DNA from: Candidatus Saccharibacteria bacterium UBA1944
Lineage (GTDB): Bacteria; Patescibacteriota; Saccharimonadia; Saccharimonadales; Saccharimonadaceae
Reading direction: 5' to 3'
DNA length: 64,000 nucleotides
Assembly (NCBI GenBank): GCA_002336935.1
Contig: DDEW01000002.1
Location: forward strand, 8,910-72,909
The notes beneath the pieces are model-generated. The model saw only the letters and a list, made by a program, of their open reading frames with translations, was not told the DNA's origin and searched no databases. The position numbers and the translations under genes are program-made. Shown piece by piece: positions 1-9,538 of the stretch; the stretch's first letter is position 1, and each line of letters begins with the position of its first letter.

Positions 1-514
1 CTGCCAGCGAGGCACGGGGTGGCGCGGTTTAGCAGTATTTGATACGCCAGGGATTGAACGTCCACTGCTGGGCATGACAAAATCGTTTTTGTATGAATAC
101 GCAGCGCGCCATCGCCTAGAGTGGGTGGAAGACGTCACTAATAGTACCGACGCGTACCAGCGCAACCGCGTGCGTCGCCAGCTGCACCGAAAGCTGTTGC
201 CGCGCGAGCAAAACGATATTGTGATGCGGCGCACCGAGCAGCTACAACTGAAGCACGATATTGTGCGGGAAACGACGCGACTTTTGGCTCGTCATGCCGG
301 CTCGCGTCATTTTTACACGCAAATCGATACGGTTGCTGCAGGTGAACTGCTTGGTGCGCAAATTGAGAAGGAGGGTGTACAGCGCCCAACCCGCCCGCAG
401 CTCATGCGTGCGGTACAGGCTATCAAAACGGCATTACCGGGCAGTATATACCAAGTTGGTAGTGGCGTAGAGCTGCATTTTACCTCTCGTAAGTTCACTG
501 TTTCCGTAGTATAA
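1..514 (+). CDS. tilS: tRNA(Ile)-lysidine synthase, C-terminal part (5' end outside window)
   Basis: Frame is open from base 2: RGTGWRGL...RPLL..K..L..YA....WVEDVTN....YQRNRVR, typical TilS motifs. Sits directly upstream of ftsH, a common synteny. Confidence 0.8.
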   Translation, partial: CQRGTGWRGLAVFDTPGIERPLLGMTKSFLYEYAARHRLEWVEDVTNSTDAYQRNRVRRQLHRKLLPREQNDIVMRRTEQLQLKHDIVRETTRLLARHAGSRHFYTQIDTVAAGELLGAQIEKEGVQRPTRPQLMRAVQAIKTALPGSIYQVGSGVELHFTSRKFTVSVV

Positions 515-572
515 TTACTAGAGTAATTTTTGCTTACGATATAGATGATAGAGACAGAAAGGATTTTGATTC

Positions 573-2420
573 ATGGTGAAACGACCAAAAGGAACTATCG
601 GCAATACGCTTCGCCTCAGTTTATTCTGGGCGATTTTGGTACTCTCGACGCTCGCAGTTCTGGCGATTATGATGCCACACACACCGCTAAAAGAAGTACC
701 AATTAGCGAGGTAATTAAACGCGCTAATGACGGACAAATCGCCAAGCTTGAAATTGAGGGCAATAACGTTAAGGTAACGCCAAAGGGCCAAAAAGATCCA
801 ACCGAAAAGACGGTTAAAGAGAACGGAACGATTTACGATCAAGGGCTCGAAAAAGGAAAGACCAACGTGAGCGTACAGCAGCCGAGCGAAACAAACGCTG
901 CGCTGTGGAACCTTGCGTCGATTCTTATTCCCGTATTGCTGATTGCTGCGTTCTTTATGTTTATGATGCGTCAAGCGCAGGGGCAAAATAACCAAGCTAT
1001 GGGCTTTGGCAAGAGTAAAGCCAAGCTATACGGGCTCGACAAGGAGCGCATTACGTTTCAAGACATTGCGGGTAATGACAATGCCAAGCAGGACCTTGAA
1101 GAAGTCGTCGACTTTTTGAAACACCCCAAGAAGTACGAAACACTCGGCGCAAAAATTCCCAAAGGCGTGCTGCTCGTGGGCAACCCAGGTACTGGTAAAA
1201 CCATGCTGGCGCGTGCCGTAGCAGGGGAAGCTAATGTACCGTTCTTCAGTATTTCTGGTTCTGAGTTTGTTGAAATGTTCGTTGGCGTTGGCGCGAGTCG
1301 TGTGCGCGACTTGTTTGCGAAGGCCAAAAAGAATGCGCCCGCAATCATTTTTATTGATGAGATTGACGCCGTAGGCCGTAAACGTGGGAGTGGTATGGGC
1401 GGTGGCCATGATGAGCGCGAGCAAACATTGAACCAAATTTTGGTAGAAATGGACGGCTTTGAAACCGGGACAAACGTGATTGTGCTTGCGGCGACGAACC
1501 GCGCAGATGTGCTTGACCCAGCCTTGCTGCGCCCGGGTCGTTTTGACCGCCATACAACCATTAGTTTGCCCGAGCGCAAAGACCGTGAAGCAATTTTGCA
1601 AGTCCACTTCAAGAACAAGCCAACTGATGATTCAGTTAACCTTGATAAATTAGCAGCAAAAACAGCGGGGAGTAGTGGTGCAGATTTGGCCAATATTGCC
1701 AACGAAGCGGCAATCATTGCTGCCCGACGAAACGCCAAGCGTATTACGGGCAAAGATCTTACGGAAGCATTCGAAAAAGTAGCCATTGGCCCAGAACGCA
1801 AAGCCAAGGTGATGAGCGAGCGCGAAAAGGAAATGACGGCGTACCACGAGGCAGGTCATGCCATTGTGGGACACGTATTGCCCGATAGCGATCCTGTACA
1901 TAAAGTGACTATCATTCCGCGTGGTGGCACTGGTGGTGTTACCTGGTTCCTGCCGCCCGAAGACAAGAGTTACACCAATGTCTATGAGTTCAAGGATATT
2001 CTGGCTCGCGCCATGGGTGGTCGCATTGCCGAAAAAATCATTTACGGCGCTGATGGTATTACTACTGGTGCTGGTAGCGATCTTCGCAAAGCCACCGAAA
2101 TCGCCCGTGATATGGTGATTGAGCAGGGAATGGGCACGAAGCTGCGCGATCAAGTATTCCACGAAGATAGCGGCGGCATGGTATTCGACAAGATTACTCA
2201 TGAACGTCCTTACAGCGACGCTACTGCACAAGAAATTGACAAAGAAGTCGAAGCGCTCATTAAGGAAGCGGGCCGTCGCGCCGAAGCAGTCATTACCAAG
2301 AACCGAGCTGTACTAGAAAAATTGAAGGATGCACTTTTGAAAGAAGAAACGCTTGAAGAAGAGCAGGCGGTAGCGGTAATGCAAGGTACTGTTCTTCCTG
2401 CGGAGGCAAAACTCCACTAG
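573..2420 (+). CDS. ftsH: ATP-dependent zinc metalloprotease FtsH
   Basis: Two N-terminal TM segments, Walker A GNPGTGKT, Walker [37 protein letters not shown] zinc motif. Confidence 0.97.
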   Translation: MVKRPKGTIGNTLRLSLFWAILVLSTLAVLAIMMPHTPLKEVPISEVIKRANDGQIAKLEIEGNNVKVTPKGQKDPTEKTVKENGTIYDQGLEKGKTNVSVQQPSETNAALWNLASILIPVLLIAAFFMFMMRQAQGQNNQAMGFGKSKAKLYGLDKERITFQDIAGNDNAKQDLEEVVDFLKHPKKYETLGAKIPKGVLLVGNPGTGKTMLARAVAGEANVPFFSISGSEFVEMFVGVGASRVRDLFAKAKKNAPAIIFIDEIDAVGRKRGSGMGGGHDEREQTLNQILVEMDGFETGTNVIVLAATNRADVLDPALLRPGRFDRHTTISLPERKDREAILQVHFKNKPTDDSVNLDKLAAKTAGSSGADLANIANEAAIIAARRNAKRITGKDLTEAFEKVAIGPERKAKVMSEREKEMTAYHEAGHAIVGHVLPDSDPVHKVTIIPRGGTGGVTWFLPPEDKSYTNVYEFKDILARAMGGRIAEKIIYGADGITTGAGSDLRKATEIARDMVIEQGMGTKLRDQVFHEDSGGMVFDKITHERPYSDATAQEIDKEVEALIKEAGRRAEAVITKNRAVLEKLKDALLKEETLEEEQAVAVMQGTVLPAEAKLH

Positions 2421-2435
2421 GAGTAAGGAATAGCC

Positions 2436-4064
2436 ATGGCGACACAGGGAAGGGTCCGATCGGCAGTTGCACGCGCCAATAGCAAGTTAAGTGTCCAGTG
2501 GGCCGCTATCTTGTTGGCAAGTTCAACGCTGATTGCTTCTTTGTTGGGTATTTACCGAGATAGGCTCCTCAACAGCTTGTACCTTGATAGCTATCCTGTA
2601 GGGATTGACGCGTATACAGTCGCCTTTACCATTCCTGACTTCATGTTCTTCATATTGGTGTCGGGCGCGCTCAGTGTTACATTTATTCCTGTTTTTAACC
2701 AGCGGCTTGCAGCTGGTAATCGTAAATCTGCTTGGGTGCTGAGTTCGAGCATGGTTAACTTCATGGCGCTAGTGACATTGGTGGCGAGCGTGTTGATTAT
2801 CATTTTTGCTGATCCGCTCGTTCGCTATATTGTTGGACCGGGGCTCGATGAGAGTGGCCGTGCACTGGCAATTAGCATGATGCGTATTATCGCGGTTAAC
2901 CCGTTCTTGTTTGCTGTGGCCACGGTAATCGCAAGCATGCAACAAGCGGTAGGCCGGTTTACGTTCTATGCACTTGCGCCGACAATTTATAACATCGGCA
3001 TCATTATTGGTGCGAAGTTCTTCACTAACGGTATCGATATTTTTGGCTGGCATGTGTTTGATGGGGGAATCATGGGCGTGGCGCTCGGCGTGGTACTGGG
3101 GTCTATGATGCAGCTGGTGGTCAGTTCTATTGGACTACTGGGCCTTGGTTTTGATTATCAAATGAAGATCACGTGGCGTAACAAGGGTTTCCGCCAAGTA
3201 TTACACCTACTGCCAGCTCGCTCGCTTGACCAGGGTATTGATTATTTCAATGGACTCGTCGAAACTAACCTTGCCTCGCACATGGCTGACGGTACCATTC
3301 GTGCTTACCAGCAAGCATCTGCATTGAGCTTGATGCCCGTTAATCTCATTGGTGTGGCCATTAGTAATGCCGCGTTTCCGCGTATGACCGAGCGGTTGAG
3401 CGAGGGCAAGGACGAATTATTCCGTAGCGAGTTGCGCACAGTGCTGCGCTGGATTGTGTGGCTTGCGCTGCCGATTGCTACCATTACCTACTTTACGCGG
3501 GGCTTTGTGGTGGCGTTCATTAAAAACGGCGGAAACGTACTGATTGCTGGTTTGCTTGGTGCATTAGTTGTGGCAATTTTGTTCCGCACGATTTATCACA
3601 TTGCTGCACGAATATTCTATGCCCAACAGGACACAAAAACACCCCTCTATATATCGATTTTTTCCATTGCGCTCAACATTTTCCTCGCCGTGACATTTAC
3701 CAATTCGTTTGGCTGGGGTGTGTATGGGCTGGCATGGGCACAGTCAATTGTCGCCTTTGTTGAGGTTGTCATTTTGTTCGTCATACTGCGCCTTCGCATC
3801 CCGCAATTGTTTACGGCAAGTTTTTGGCACGCGATTTTGCGCATGGTAGCAGCGAGCGCTCTCATGGCATTGGTGACCTATGCTACTGTGCAGCTTTTCC
3901 AGCTGCAAAGTAATGACATGAGTTTCCTGGCGACGTTTCCAAAGTTTGGCATTATCGTCGCAGTGAGCTTTGTGACGTATGTATGGTTGAGTCATATTCT
4001 TCGGCTAAGAGAAGCGACGCCTGTGATTACAAAGGCTCGTTCAATCCTGTTCGGGAGGAAATAG
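2436..4064 (+). CDS. murJ: Lipid II flippase MurJ/MviN
   Basis: Multi-TM protein with DAYTVAFTIPD, GALSVTFIPVF, LMPVNLIGVAISNAAFP and FYAQQDTKTP motifs. Confidence 0.9.
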   Translation: MATQGRVRSAVARANSKLSVQWAAILLASSTLIASLLGIYRDRLLNSLYLDSYPVGIDAYTVAFTIPDFMFFILVSGALSVTFIPVFNQRLAAGNRKSAWVLSSSMVNFMALVTLVASVLIIIFADPLVRYIVGPGLDESGRALAISMMRIIAVNPFLFAVATVIASMQQAVGRFTFYALAPTIYNIGIIIGAKFFTNGIDIFGWHVFDGGIMGVALGVVLGSMMQLVVSSIGLLGLGFDYQMKITWRNKGFRQVLHLLPARSLDQGIDYFNGLVETNLASHMADGTIRAYQQASALSLMPVNLIGVAISNAAFPRMTERLSEGKDELFRSELRTVLRWIVWLALPIATITYFTRGFVVAFIKNGGNVLIAGLLGALVVAILFRTIYHIAARIFYAQQDTKTPLYISIFSIALNIFLAVTFTNSFGWGVYGLAWAQSIVAFVEVVILFVILRLRIPQLFTASFWHAILRMVAASALMALVTYATVQLFQLQSNDMSFLATFPKFGIIVAVSFVTYVWLSHILRLREATPVITKARSILFGRK

Positions 4065-4066
4065 CC

Positions 4067-5845
4067 GTGAGTCAGTCGAACATCCGTAATTTCTGCATTA
4101 TTGCTCATATCGATCATGGCAAGAGTACGTTGGCTGATCGTATGATGGAAATTACCCATACGGTTGAAAAGCGCGATATGAAGTCGCAGCTACTTGATAG
4201 CATGGACTTGGAGCGTGAAAAGGGCATTACGATTAAGCTGGCACCAGTAAGAATGCACCATAAGGGTGTTGACCTTAACCTCATTGATACGCCTGGCCAT
4301 GTGGATTTTAGTTATGAAGTCAGTCGTAGCCTTGAAGCATGTGAGGGGGCGGTACTCGTTGTTGATGCCAGCCAAGGTATCCAGGCGCAAACACTCGCCA
4401 ATGTGTATCTAGCACTGGCAGCAGACCTAACGATTATTCCCGTGCTTAACAAAATTGATTTACCAGCAGCCGATGTGCCACGAGTGAGTGCAGAAATTAT
4501 TAACCTACTGGGTTGTGCTGAGCAAGATATTTTGAAAATTAGCGCAAAGACTGGCGAAGGTGTGGAGACAGTCCTCGATACAATTGTCGAACGTGTCGTG
4601 CCGCCAATGGGTGACGCCAATAGCCCAACTCGGGCGCTTATTTTTGATAGTTACTACGACGATTATCGCGGTGTGATTTTGTACACGCGAGTGGTTGACG
4701 GTGCAATTAAAAAAGGCGATACCATTGCAATGCTTGCGACTGGCGCGCATGGCTTGGCGCTCGAAGTGGGTGCACTCAGCCCTGCCATGAAGGAAGAGCC
4801 AGATATTGGTACGGGAGAAATCGGCTATATTGTGACAAACCTCAAAACCACGCGCGATGCCAAAGTGGGTGACACGGTAACGGTACGCCGTAGCCATAGT
4901 GATCAAGCGCTGCCAGGGTATCAAAACGTAAAGCCATTTGTGTATGCAGGGTTTTTCCCGGTGAGCAATGAAGATTACCAGGATCTCAAAGATGCAGTTG
5001 AAAAACTGAGCCTCAGTGACTCTGCCCTGCAGTTTGAGCCAGAGAACTCGCCGGTGCTGGGTTTTGGGGTGCGGATTGGCTTTTTGGGGTTGCTGCACAT
5101 GGATATCATTCGCGAACGGCTTGAGCGTGAATACGACTTAGATCTTGTGGTAACTAACCCGAGCACAGATTACCAGGTGTCACTGACAAGTGGCGAGGAA
5201 CTTGATATAAAAAGTGCGAGTGATTTACCAAATGTCGCAACGGTCAAAGAAATACGCGAGCCGTGGATTAAGGGCGAGATTGTGGTGCCGCAGGAATATA
5301 TTGGTGCAGTGATTCAACTCATTGTTGCTAAACGCGGTCGCCAGAGTAACTTGAGCTACATTGACGAGCGTGCGTTGATTAGTTTTGAGGCGCCGCTTGC
5401 AAACTTGTTAACGGATTTTTATGATCAACTCAAAAGCGTCACCAGCGGCTACGGCAGTTTCAACTACGAGCTTTCTGCCTATAGGGCAGAGGACTTGGTG
5501 CGCGTTGATTTTTATGTTGGCGGTGAGATGGTAGATGCGCTGAGTGTCATGTGCCATCGAAGTGAAAGTATGGCGCTGGGCCGTGACGTAACGAAGAAGC
5601 TTAAAGAAGTCGTGCCACGGCAAAGCTTCGAAGTAAGCTTACAGGCTGCAATTGGCGGTAAGTTTATTGCACGCGAAAACATTGGGGCATATCGCAAAGA
5701 CGTTACCGGCTATTTGTACGGCGGGGATGTTAGTCGCAAGAAAAAGTTGCTGGCAAAACAGGCGAAAGGCAAAAAGCGTATGAAGCGTTTTGGCAAAGTG
5801 GACATTCCCAGTGAGGCGTTTACTGTGATGCTCAAGCGTGATTAG
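4067..5845 (+). CDS. lepA: Elongation factor 4 (LepA)
   Basis: NIRNFCIIAHIDHGKSTLADR, LIDTPGHVDF, GFLGLLHM, C-terminal KKKLL.KQ..GKKRMK. Likely start is GTG 4067; the ORF-track extension overlaps murJ. Confidence 0.97.
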   Translation: MSQSNIRNFCIIAHIDHGKSTLADRMMEITHTVEKRDMKSQLLDSMDLEREKGITIKLAPVRMHHKGVDLNLIDTPGHVDFSYEVSRSLEACEGAVLVVDASQGIQAQTLANVYLALAADLTIIPVLNKIDLPAADVPRVSAEIINLLGCAEQDILKISAKTGEGVETVLDTIVERVVPPMGDANSPTRALIFDSYYDDYRGVILYTRVVDGAIKKGDTIAMLATGAHGLALEVGALSPAMKEEPDIGTGEIGYIVTNLKTTRDAKVGDTVTVRRSHSDQALPGYQNVKPFVYAGFFPVSNEDYQDLKDAVEKLSLSDSALQFEPENSPVLGFGVRIGFLGLLHMDIIRERLEREYDLDLVVTNPSTDYQVSLTSGEELDIKSASDLPNVATVKEIREPWIKGEIVVPQEYIGAVIQLIVAKRGRQSNLSYIDERALISFEAPLANLLTDFYDQLKSVTSGYGSFNYELSAYRAEDLVRVDFYVGGEMVDALSVMCHRSESMALGRDVTKKLKEVVPRQSFEVSLQAAIGGKFIARENIGAYRKDVTGYLYGGDVSRKKKLLAKQAKGKKRMKRFGKVDIPSEAFTVMLKRD

Positions 5846-5859
5846 CGTATAATCAATCT

Positions 5860-6597
5860 ATGGAAGTATCACTTACACATAAACAGGAATTTATCGATGC
5901 CCTTACTGGGTATCAACCTTCGGCCGAAGCGGTAGCGACGCTTGCACAAATGCCTCTTGTGATTTTGCTCAGCGTTACTGGTGGTGGACGCAACACGATT
6001 ATCAATGAACTCGTTGCAACGGGTCGCTATCATTTTATTGTGTCGGACACTACGCGCCCACCCAAGGTCCGCAATGGTGAACTTGAGCAGGATGGAGTTG
6101 TATACCACTTTAGGAGTGAGGAAGATGTCCTGCATGATATTCGTGAAGGAACCTACTTAGAAGCTGAACTGATTCACAATCAGCAGGTAAGCGGCACCAG
6201 TGTACGTGAGCTTGTGAAGGCGCATGACAGTGGCAAAATTCCTATTAATGAAGTCGACTTAGGCGGCACCGATGCAATTGCTGCAGTCAAGCCCGATACG
6301 GTGTTTTTGTTCGTTGTTCCACCCTCATTCGATGAATGGATGCGCAGGCTTCGCACCCGTGAGAACATGAGCGAAGACGAGTTGCGTAACCGCTTGCAAA
6401 CCGCGGTGCATATGCTTCGTAGGGTACTCGCCAGTGAGAGGTTCGTGTTTGTTATCAACGACGACTTAGCTGAAGTTGTCAGCACAGTTGACGATTATGT
6501 GCGGGGTGAGCATCACCATACGCACAACGACCAAGCACGCCAAGTGGCGCAAGTACTTCTTGACGATACGCTGCGCCATTATCCGGAACTTAGCTAA
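5860..6597 (+). CDS. gmk: Guanylate kinase-like protein (degenerate P-loop)
   Basis: VSDTTRPP...E.DGVVYHF, YLEAE..H...SGT and FVVPPSF.EWMRRL..R motifs. P-loop reads SVTGGGRNT. TATAAT lies 6 nt upstream of the ATG. Confidence 0.7.
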   Translation: MEVSLTHKQEFIDALTGYQPSAEAVATLAQMPLVILLSVTGGGRNTIINELVATGRYHFIVSDTTRPPKVRNGELEQDGVVYHFRSEEDVLHDIREGTYLEAELIHNQQVSGTSVRELVKAHDSGKIPINEVDLGGTDAIAAVKPDTVFLFVVPPSFDEWMRRLRTRENMSEDELRNRLQTAVHMLRRVLASERFVFVINDDLAEVVSTVDDYVRGEHHHTHNDQARQVAQVLLDDTLRHYPELS

Positions 6598-6842
6598 CGG
6601 CGCTTTGAATGCCGGTTACGGCCCTTGAAAAGAATAATAAGAGCAATAACAATCAGGACAATGCCCACTCCGACGCCAATGATCATATTGGTACCAGTGC
6701 TGGGTAATGCTCCCGAATCTGTAGACGTGCAGGCCTGCTGGGAATTATACGTTCCTGCACCATATGCGCTACAGTCGTAGTCTGCAGTGGCTCCAAACGT
6801 TGTTGAAACGCGCACAATAGGGGAGCTTGCATTTATAACCAT
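6594..6842 (-). CDS. Small LPXTG-type cell-wall sorting protein (82 aa)
   Basis: LPSTG (6693-6707), then a hydrophobic helix and a KGRNRHSKRR tail. Two Cys flank YGAGTY. A -10-like element lies immediately upstream. Confidence 0.6.
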   Translation of the reverse strand: MVINASSPIVRVSTTFGATADYDCSAYGAGTYNSQQACTSTDSGALPSTGTNMIIGVGVGIVLIVIALIILFKGRNRHSKRR

Positions 6843-6875
6843 TGCCAGTATAATAACCTTTAGAACTATAACGTA

Positions 6876-6899
6876 CAGGATACCCCGAAGTAGGACACT
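6876..6899. repeat. IS terminal inverted repeat (transposase 3' side)
   Basis: CAGGATACCCCGAAGTAGGACACT versus the reverse complement of 7927-7950, CAGGTCCCTTTGAAGTAGGACACT: 18/24 identical, inner 13 bp perfect. Confidence 0.85.
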
Positions 6900-7848
6900 A
6901 AGCCTGTATTGTTAAGTACTCTAAGTATACCTCATTTGCTGTTTTGTAGCCCAAGACTTGTCTTGGGCGTTCGTTTAGGTACGTTAGTACCGTAACGATC
7001 GTTTCTTTTGTGACCGTGCTAAGATCTGTCTTCTTCGGGATAAAGTGACGGATCCATTTGTTCGTGTTCTCAACCAGCCCCTTCTCCCAGCTATGGTAGG
7101 GATGGGTGAAATAGAACGGCGCACCCAGTAGTTGTTCGAAATACGTCCAGTACGTAAAGGCAATGTCGTTGTCAGTGAGGATAGTTTTGACGGCAACGCC
7201 GTCAAACATCTTCCGTAGAGCTCGCGAGAGCTCTTGTTTGGTTCGGTTGGGGAGTAGTTCTATGAGGGCTCGTTTGCTGAGTGTATCGACGGCCACGAGC
7301 AGCACAGTCTTGCTCCCATTCGTCCCGTCACGGTTCTTTGTCGGGCTGACGATGAAGTCGAGCTCCCAGTGGCCAATCTCATCACATAGGATACGCTCTT
7401 CAATCCACTTCCGTTCACCGATGAGCCCACGGCGATACATCGCTTTGCGTCGCTTTGGTTTGCCTCGAAAGTACAGCTTGTGCTGTAGTGCATAGATCGT
7501 GACGTAGCGATAGATAGTCCGTTTTGAAACAGGACAGTCACGGCTACCCGCAATCTCGCCCGGAGACCAACTCTTGTCGAGGCTGTCGTCGACATATTGG
7601 CGCAACGCTTTGTCGCGAGCAACTTTGTTACTAGACGTTCTCGCATAGTAGCGCTTCTGGTAAGCCTTGATGCTCGCTTTGCGAGCGACGTATTCGCCAG
7701 AAACCGCCAGGTGCTTCAGTTCATAGCTGATGGTATTGGGGCTGCGCCCCAACTCACCAGCTATGTAACGAATGCTTTTACCGTTCTTATGCCAATGCTC
7801 TATCTTAACTCGATCTTCATAGCTTAAGTGATCGTACTTCTGACCCAT
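6898..7848 (-). CDS. IS30-family DDE transposase
   Basis: N-terminal HTH HLSYEDR..IE......SIR.IA..LGRSPNTISYEL; catalytic region GHWELD, ILTDND..F, HPYHSWEKGLVENTN..IR.F.PK.TDL. Start may be 7848 or 7905. Confidence 0.92.
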   Translation of the reverse strand: MGQKYDHLSYEDRVKIEHWHKNGKSIRYIAGELGRSPNTISYELKHLAVSGEYVARKASIKAYQKRYYARTSSNKVARDKALRQYVDDSLDKSWSPGEIAGSRDCPVSKRTIYRYVTIYALQHKLYFRGKPKRRKAMYRRGLIGERKWIEERILCDEIGHWELDFIVSPTKNRDGTNGSKTVLLVAVDTLSKRALIELLPNRTKQELSRALRKMFDGVAVKTILTDNDIAFTYWTYFEQLLGAPFYFTHPYHSWEKGLVENTNKWIRHFIPKKTDLSTVTKETIVTVLTYLNERPRQVLGYKTANEVYLEYLTIQA

Positions 7849-7926
7849 AGCTACTATTGTAGATTTTGATCTGCTTGTTTTTCTAACTTTTCTATACCGT
7901 TTCATACATCCTCGCCTTTCTTGGCG

Positions 7927-7950
7927 AGTGTCCTACTTCAAAGGGACCTG
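7927..7950. repeat. IS terminal inverted repeat (transposase 5' side)
   Basis: AGTGTCCTACTTCAAAGGGACCTG, partner of 6876-6899. Confidence 0.85.
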
Positions 7951-7979
7951 GAGGTAAAAATCAAGGGAGAGCTACCGCT

Positions 7980-8159
7980 ATGCCGAACATCGGAGTACCA
8001 GAACTAATCGTTATTCTTGTCATTCTCCTCCTTCTTTTTGGAGCCAGGAAATTACCAGAACTTGCACGCAGCATTGGTTCTTCAGCCAAAGAGCTGAAAG
8101 GTGCAATGAAAGACGACGAGCCCGCAAGTGGCAAAAAGAGCGACAAAGACAAAGACTAG
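7980..8159 (+). CDS. tatA: Twin-arginine translocase subunit TatA (59 aa, below the ORF-track cutoff)
   Basis: Manual translation [59 protein letters not shown]: TM helix, FG hinge, KLPEL.RS.G amphipathic helix. SD-like AAGGGAG upstream. Confidence 0.92.
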   Translation: MPNIGVPELIVILVILLLLFGARKLPELARSIGSSAKELKGAMKDDEPASGKKSDKDKD

Positions 8160-9168
8160 TTTTAAGCATCGTGACGAGTCGGTTCTGCCAACTTTCTTGG
8201 ACCACGTCCACGAGTTGCAGGGCCGACTCTTTGCCATTTTGCTTGCCTTTCTTGTAGTAGGTGGTGCAGCCTATCCATTTTTTGATAAGATAGTAACCCT
8301 GATTGTCGCGCCGCTTGGTAACAGCCAGCAACTTGTGTACCTGACACCCGGTGGCGCCTTTAGCTTCATTATTAAGGTTTGTCTTTATGTAGGGGTCATC
8401 GGTGCATTACCGGTTATTATTTATCATTTATATCGGTTTTTAATGCCCGCAGTGAAAAAAGTACACTTGAGGACCGTATTGGCTTATATGCTTGCATCAT
8501 TTGTATTTGCCATTGCGGGCGTCGCATTTGCCTATGTTGTGAGCCTGCCAGCAGCGCTGCACTTTTTGACGAGCTTTGAGTTGTATCACATCAGCCCCAT
8601 GCTTACTATTGACTCCTATTTTTCTTTCGTTATGACGTATTTGCTAGCGGGGGCACTTCTGTTTCAGCTTCCCATTGTCATGCTTATTATTAACTCTGCA
8701 ACACCGTTGACGCCGAGTAAACTCATGGGTGCTCAAAAAGGAATCATTGTTGGATCATTCGTAGCTGCAGCTATTATTTCTCCTACACCAGACGCGCTCA
8801 ACCAGACACTTCTTGCTTCGCCGATTATCATTATGTATCAGCTGGGTATTGTGATTGTGTGGCTACGAAACCGTCGCTTGCAGCCAGAGAGGCAACGCGA
8901 GGCTGTCCCGCGGCACCAAGAATCAACTCACGACATGGTTTCTAGCCAGGTGGCGTTACTACCGGAGCGATCTGCAGCGGTACTGCTGGATCATAGGGTG
9001 CGTACGCTTGATGGGTTTACAGTACGGCAGCGCCAACATGGTGAGCCAGGGCATCCTAGAATGTCGCTTAGCGTACCTACTCGGCAAACAGCCCAGCCTT
9101 CCCTCGCTTCTGTGTCACATCGTCCGCGGCAGACCATCGATGGTTTTTTTGCCCCCGCTCGCTCGTAA
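8128..9168 (+). CDS. tatC: Twin-arginine translocase subunit TatC with long C-terminal tail
   Basis: [31 protein letters not shown] and [15 protein letters not shown] motifs; six TM segments; directly downstream of tatA. The GTG start overlaps tatA. Confidence 0.88.
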   Translation: MAKRATKTKTSFKHRDESVLPTFLDHVHELQGRLFAILLAFLVVGGAAYPFFDKIVTLIVAPLGNSQQLVYLTPGGAFSFIIKVCLYVGVIGALPVIIYHLYRFLMPAVKKVHLRTVLAYMLASFVFAIAGVAFAYVVSLPAALHFLTSFELYHISPMLTIDSYFSFVMTYLLAGALLFQLPIVMLIINSATPLTPSKLMGAQKGIIVGSFVAAAIISPTPDALNQTLLASPIIIMYQLGIVIVWLRNRRLQPERQREAVPRHQESTHDMVSSQVALLPERSAAVLLDHRVRTLDGFTVRQRQHGEPGHPRMSLSVPTRQTAQPSLASVSHRPRQTIDGFFAPARS

Positions 9169-9172
9169 ATGC

Positions 9173-9201
9173 TTGTGCTTTTATATAGCTGAGTGTATAA
9201 T
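9173..9201 (+). promoter_or_regulatory. sigma70-type promoter for the 73-aa ORF
   Basis: TTGTGC-17 nt-TATAAT. Confidence 0.55.
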
Positions 9202-9234
9202 TGCTGGCATAAACCATATAAAAATCAAAAAAAT

Positions 9235-9456
9235 ATGAAAACACCACAGCATCTAACAGAGTTAATGAACAAGCGTATGGATCGCCAGGAGTTTTTGAAG
9301 CACCTTGCGGTTGGTACACTATTGGTATTCGGTGGCGGTGCTATTGCTAACGCACTTGGACTATCGCAGCGGTTAGGCATCGATGCGCCGGGTAATGGCG
9401 GCTCTGCACAATATGGTTATGGCGCCAGTGTCTACGGTGGCATAAAACGTTCATAG
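9235..9456 (+). CDS. Small protein (73 aa) consisting of a Tat-like signal/anchor and a Gly/Tyr tail
   Basis: MDRQEFLK followed by the hydrophobic HLAVGTLLVFGGGAIANAL and a C-terminal YGYGASVYGG; has its own promoter. Confidence 0.65.
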   Translation: MKTPQHLTELMNKRMDRQEFLKHLAVGTLLVFGGGAIANALGLSQRLGIDAPGNGGSAQYGYGASVYGGIKRS

Positions 9457-9475
9457 AATCCTACCATCGTAACAA

Positions 9476-9504
9476 TAGACACTACTACCCAAATAGGTTA
9501 TGCT
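9476..9504 (+). promoter_or_regulatory. sigma70-type promoter for the tail-fibre-like gene pair
   Basis: TAGACA-17 nt-TATGCT. Confidence 0.5.
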
Positions 9505-9538
9505 ATAGGTATATAGTTTAGTGGTATAGGGGATAATT

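Larger units (their letters stand above)
6876..7950 (-). mobile_element. IS30-family insertion sequence, about 1075 bp
   Basis: Single transposase ORF bounded by 24-bp imperfect terminal inverted repeats. No target duplication seen at these boundaries. Confidence 0.9.

Noticed and set aside
6870-7956. Target-site duplication or extra cargo (TnpB, ncRNA) for the IS30 element
   Set aside because: The flanks (CGTA and GAGG) show no direct repeat, and the element has room only for the transposase.
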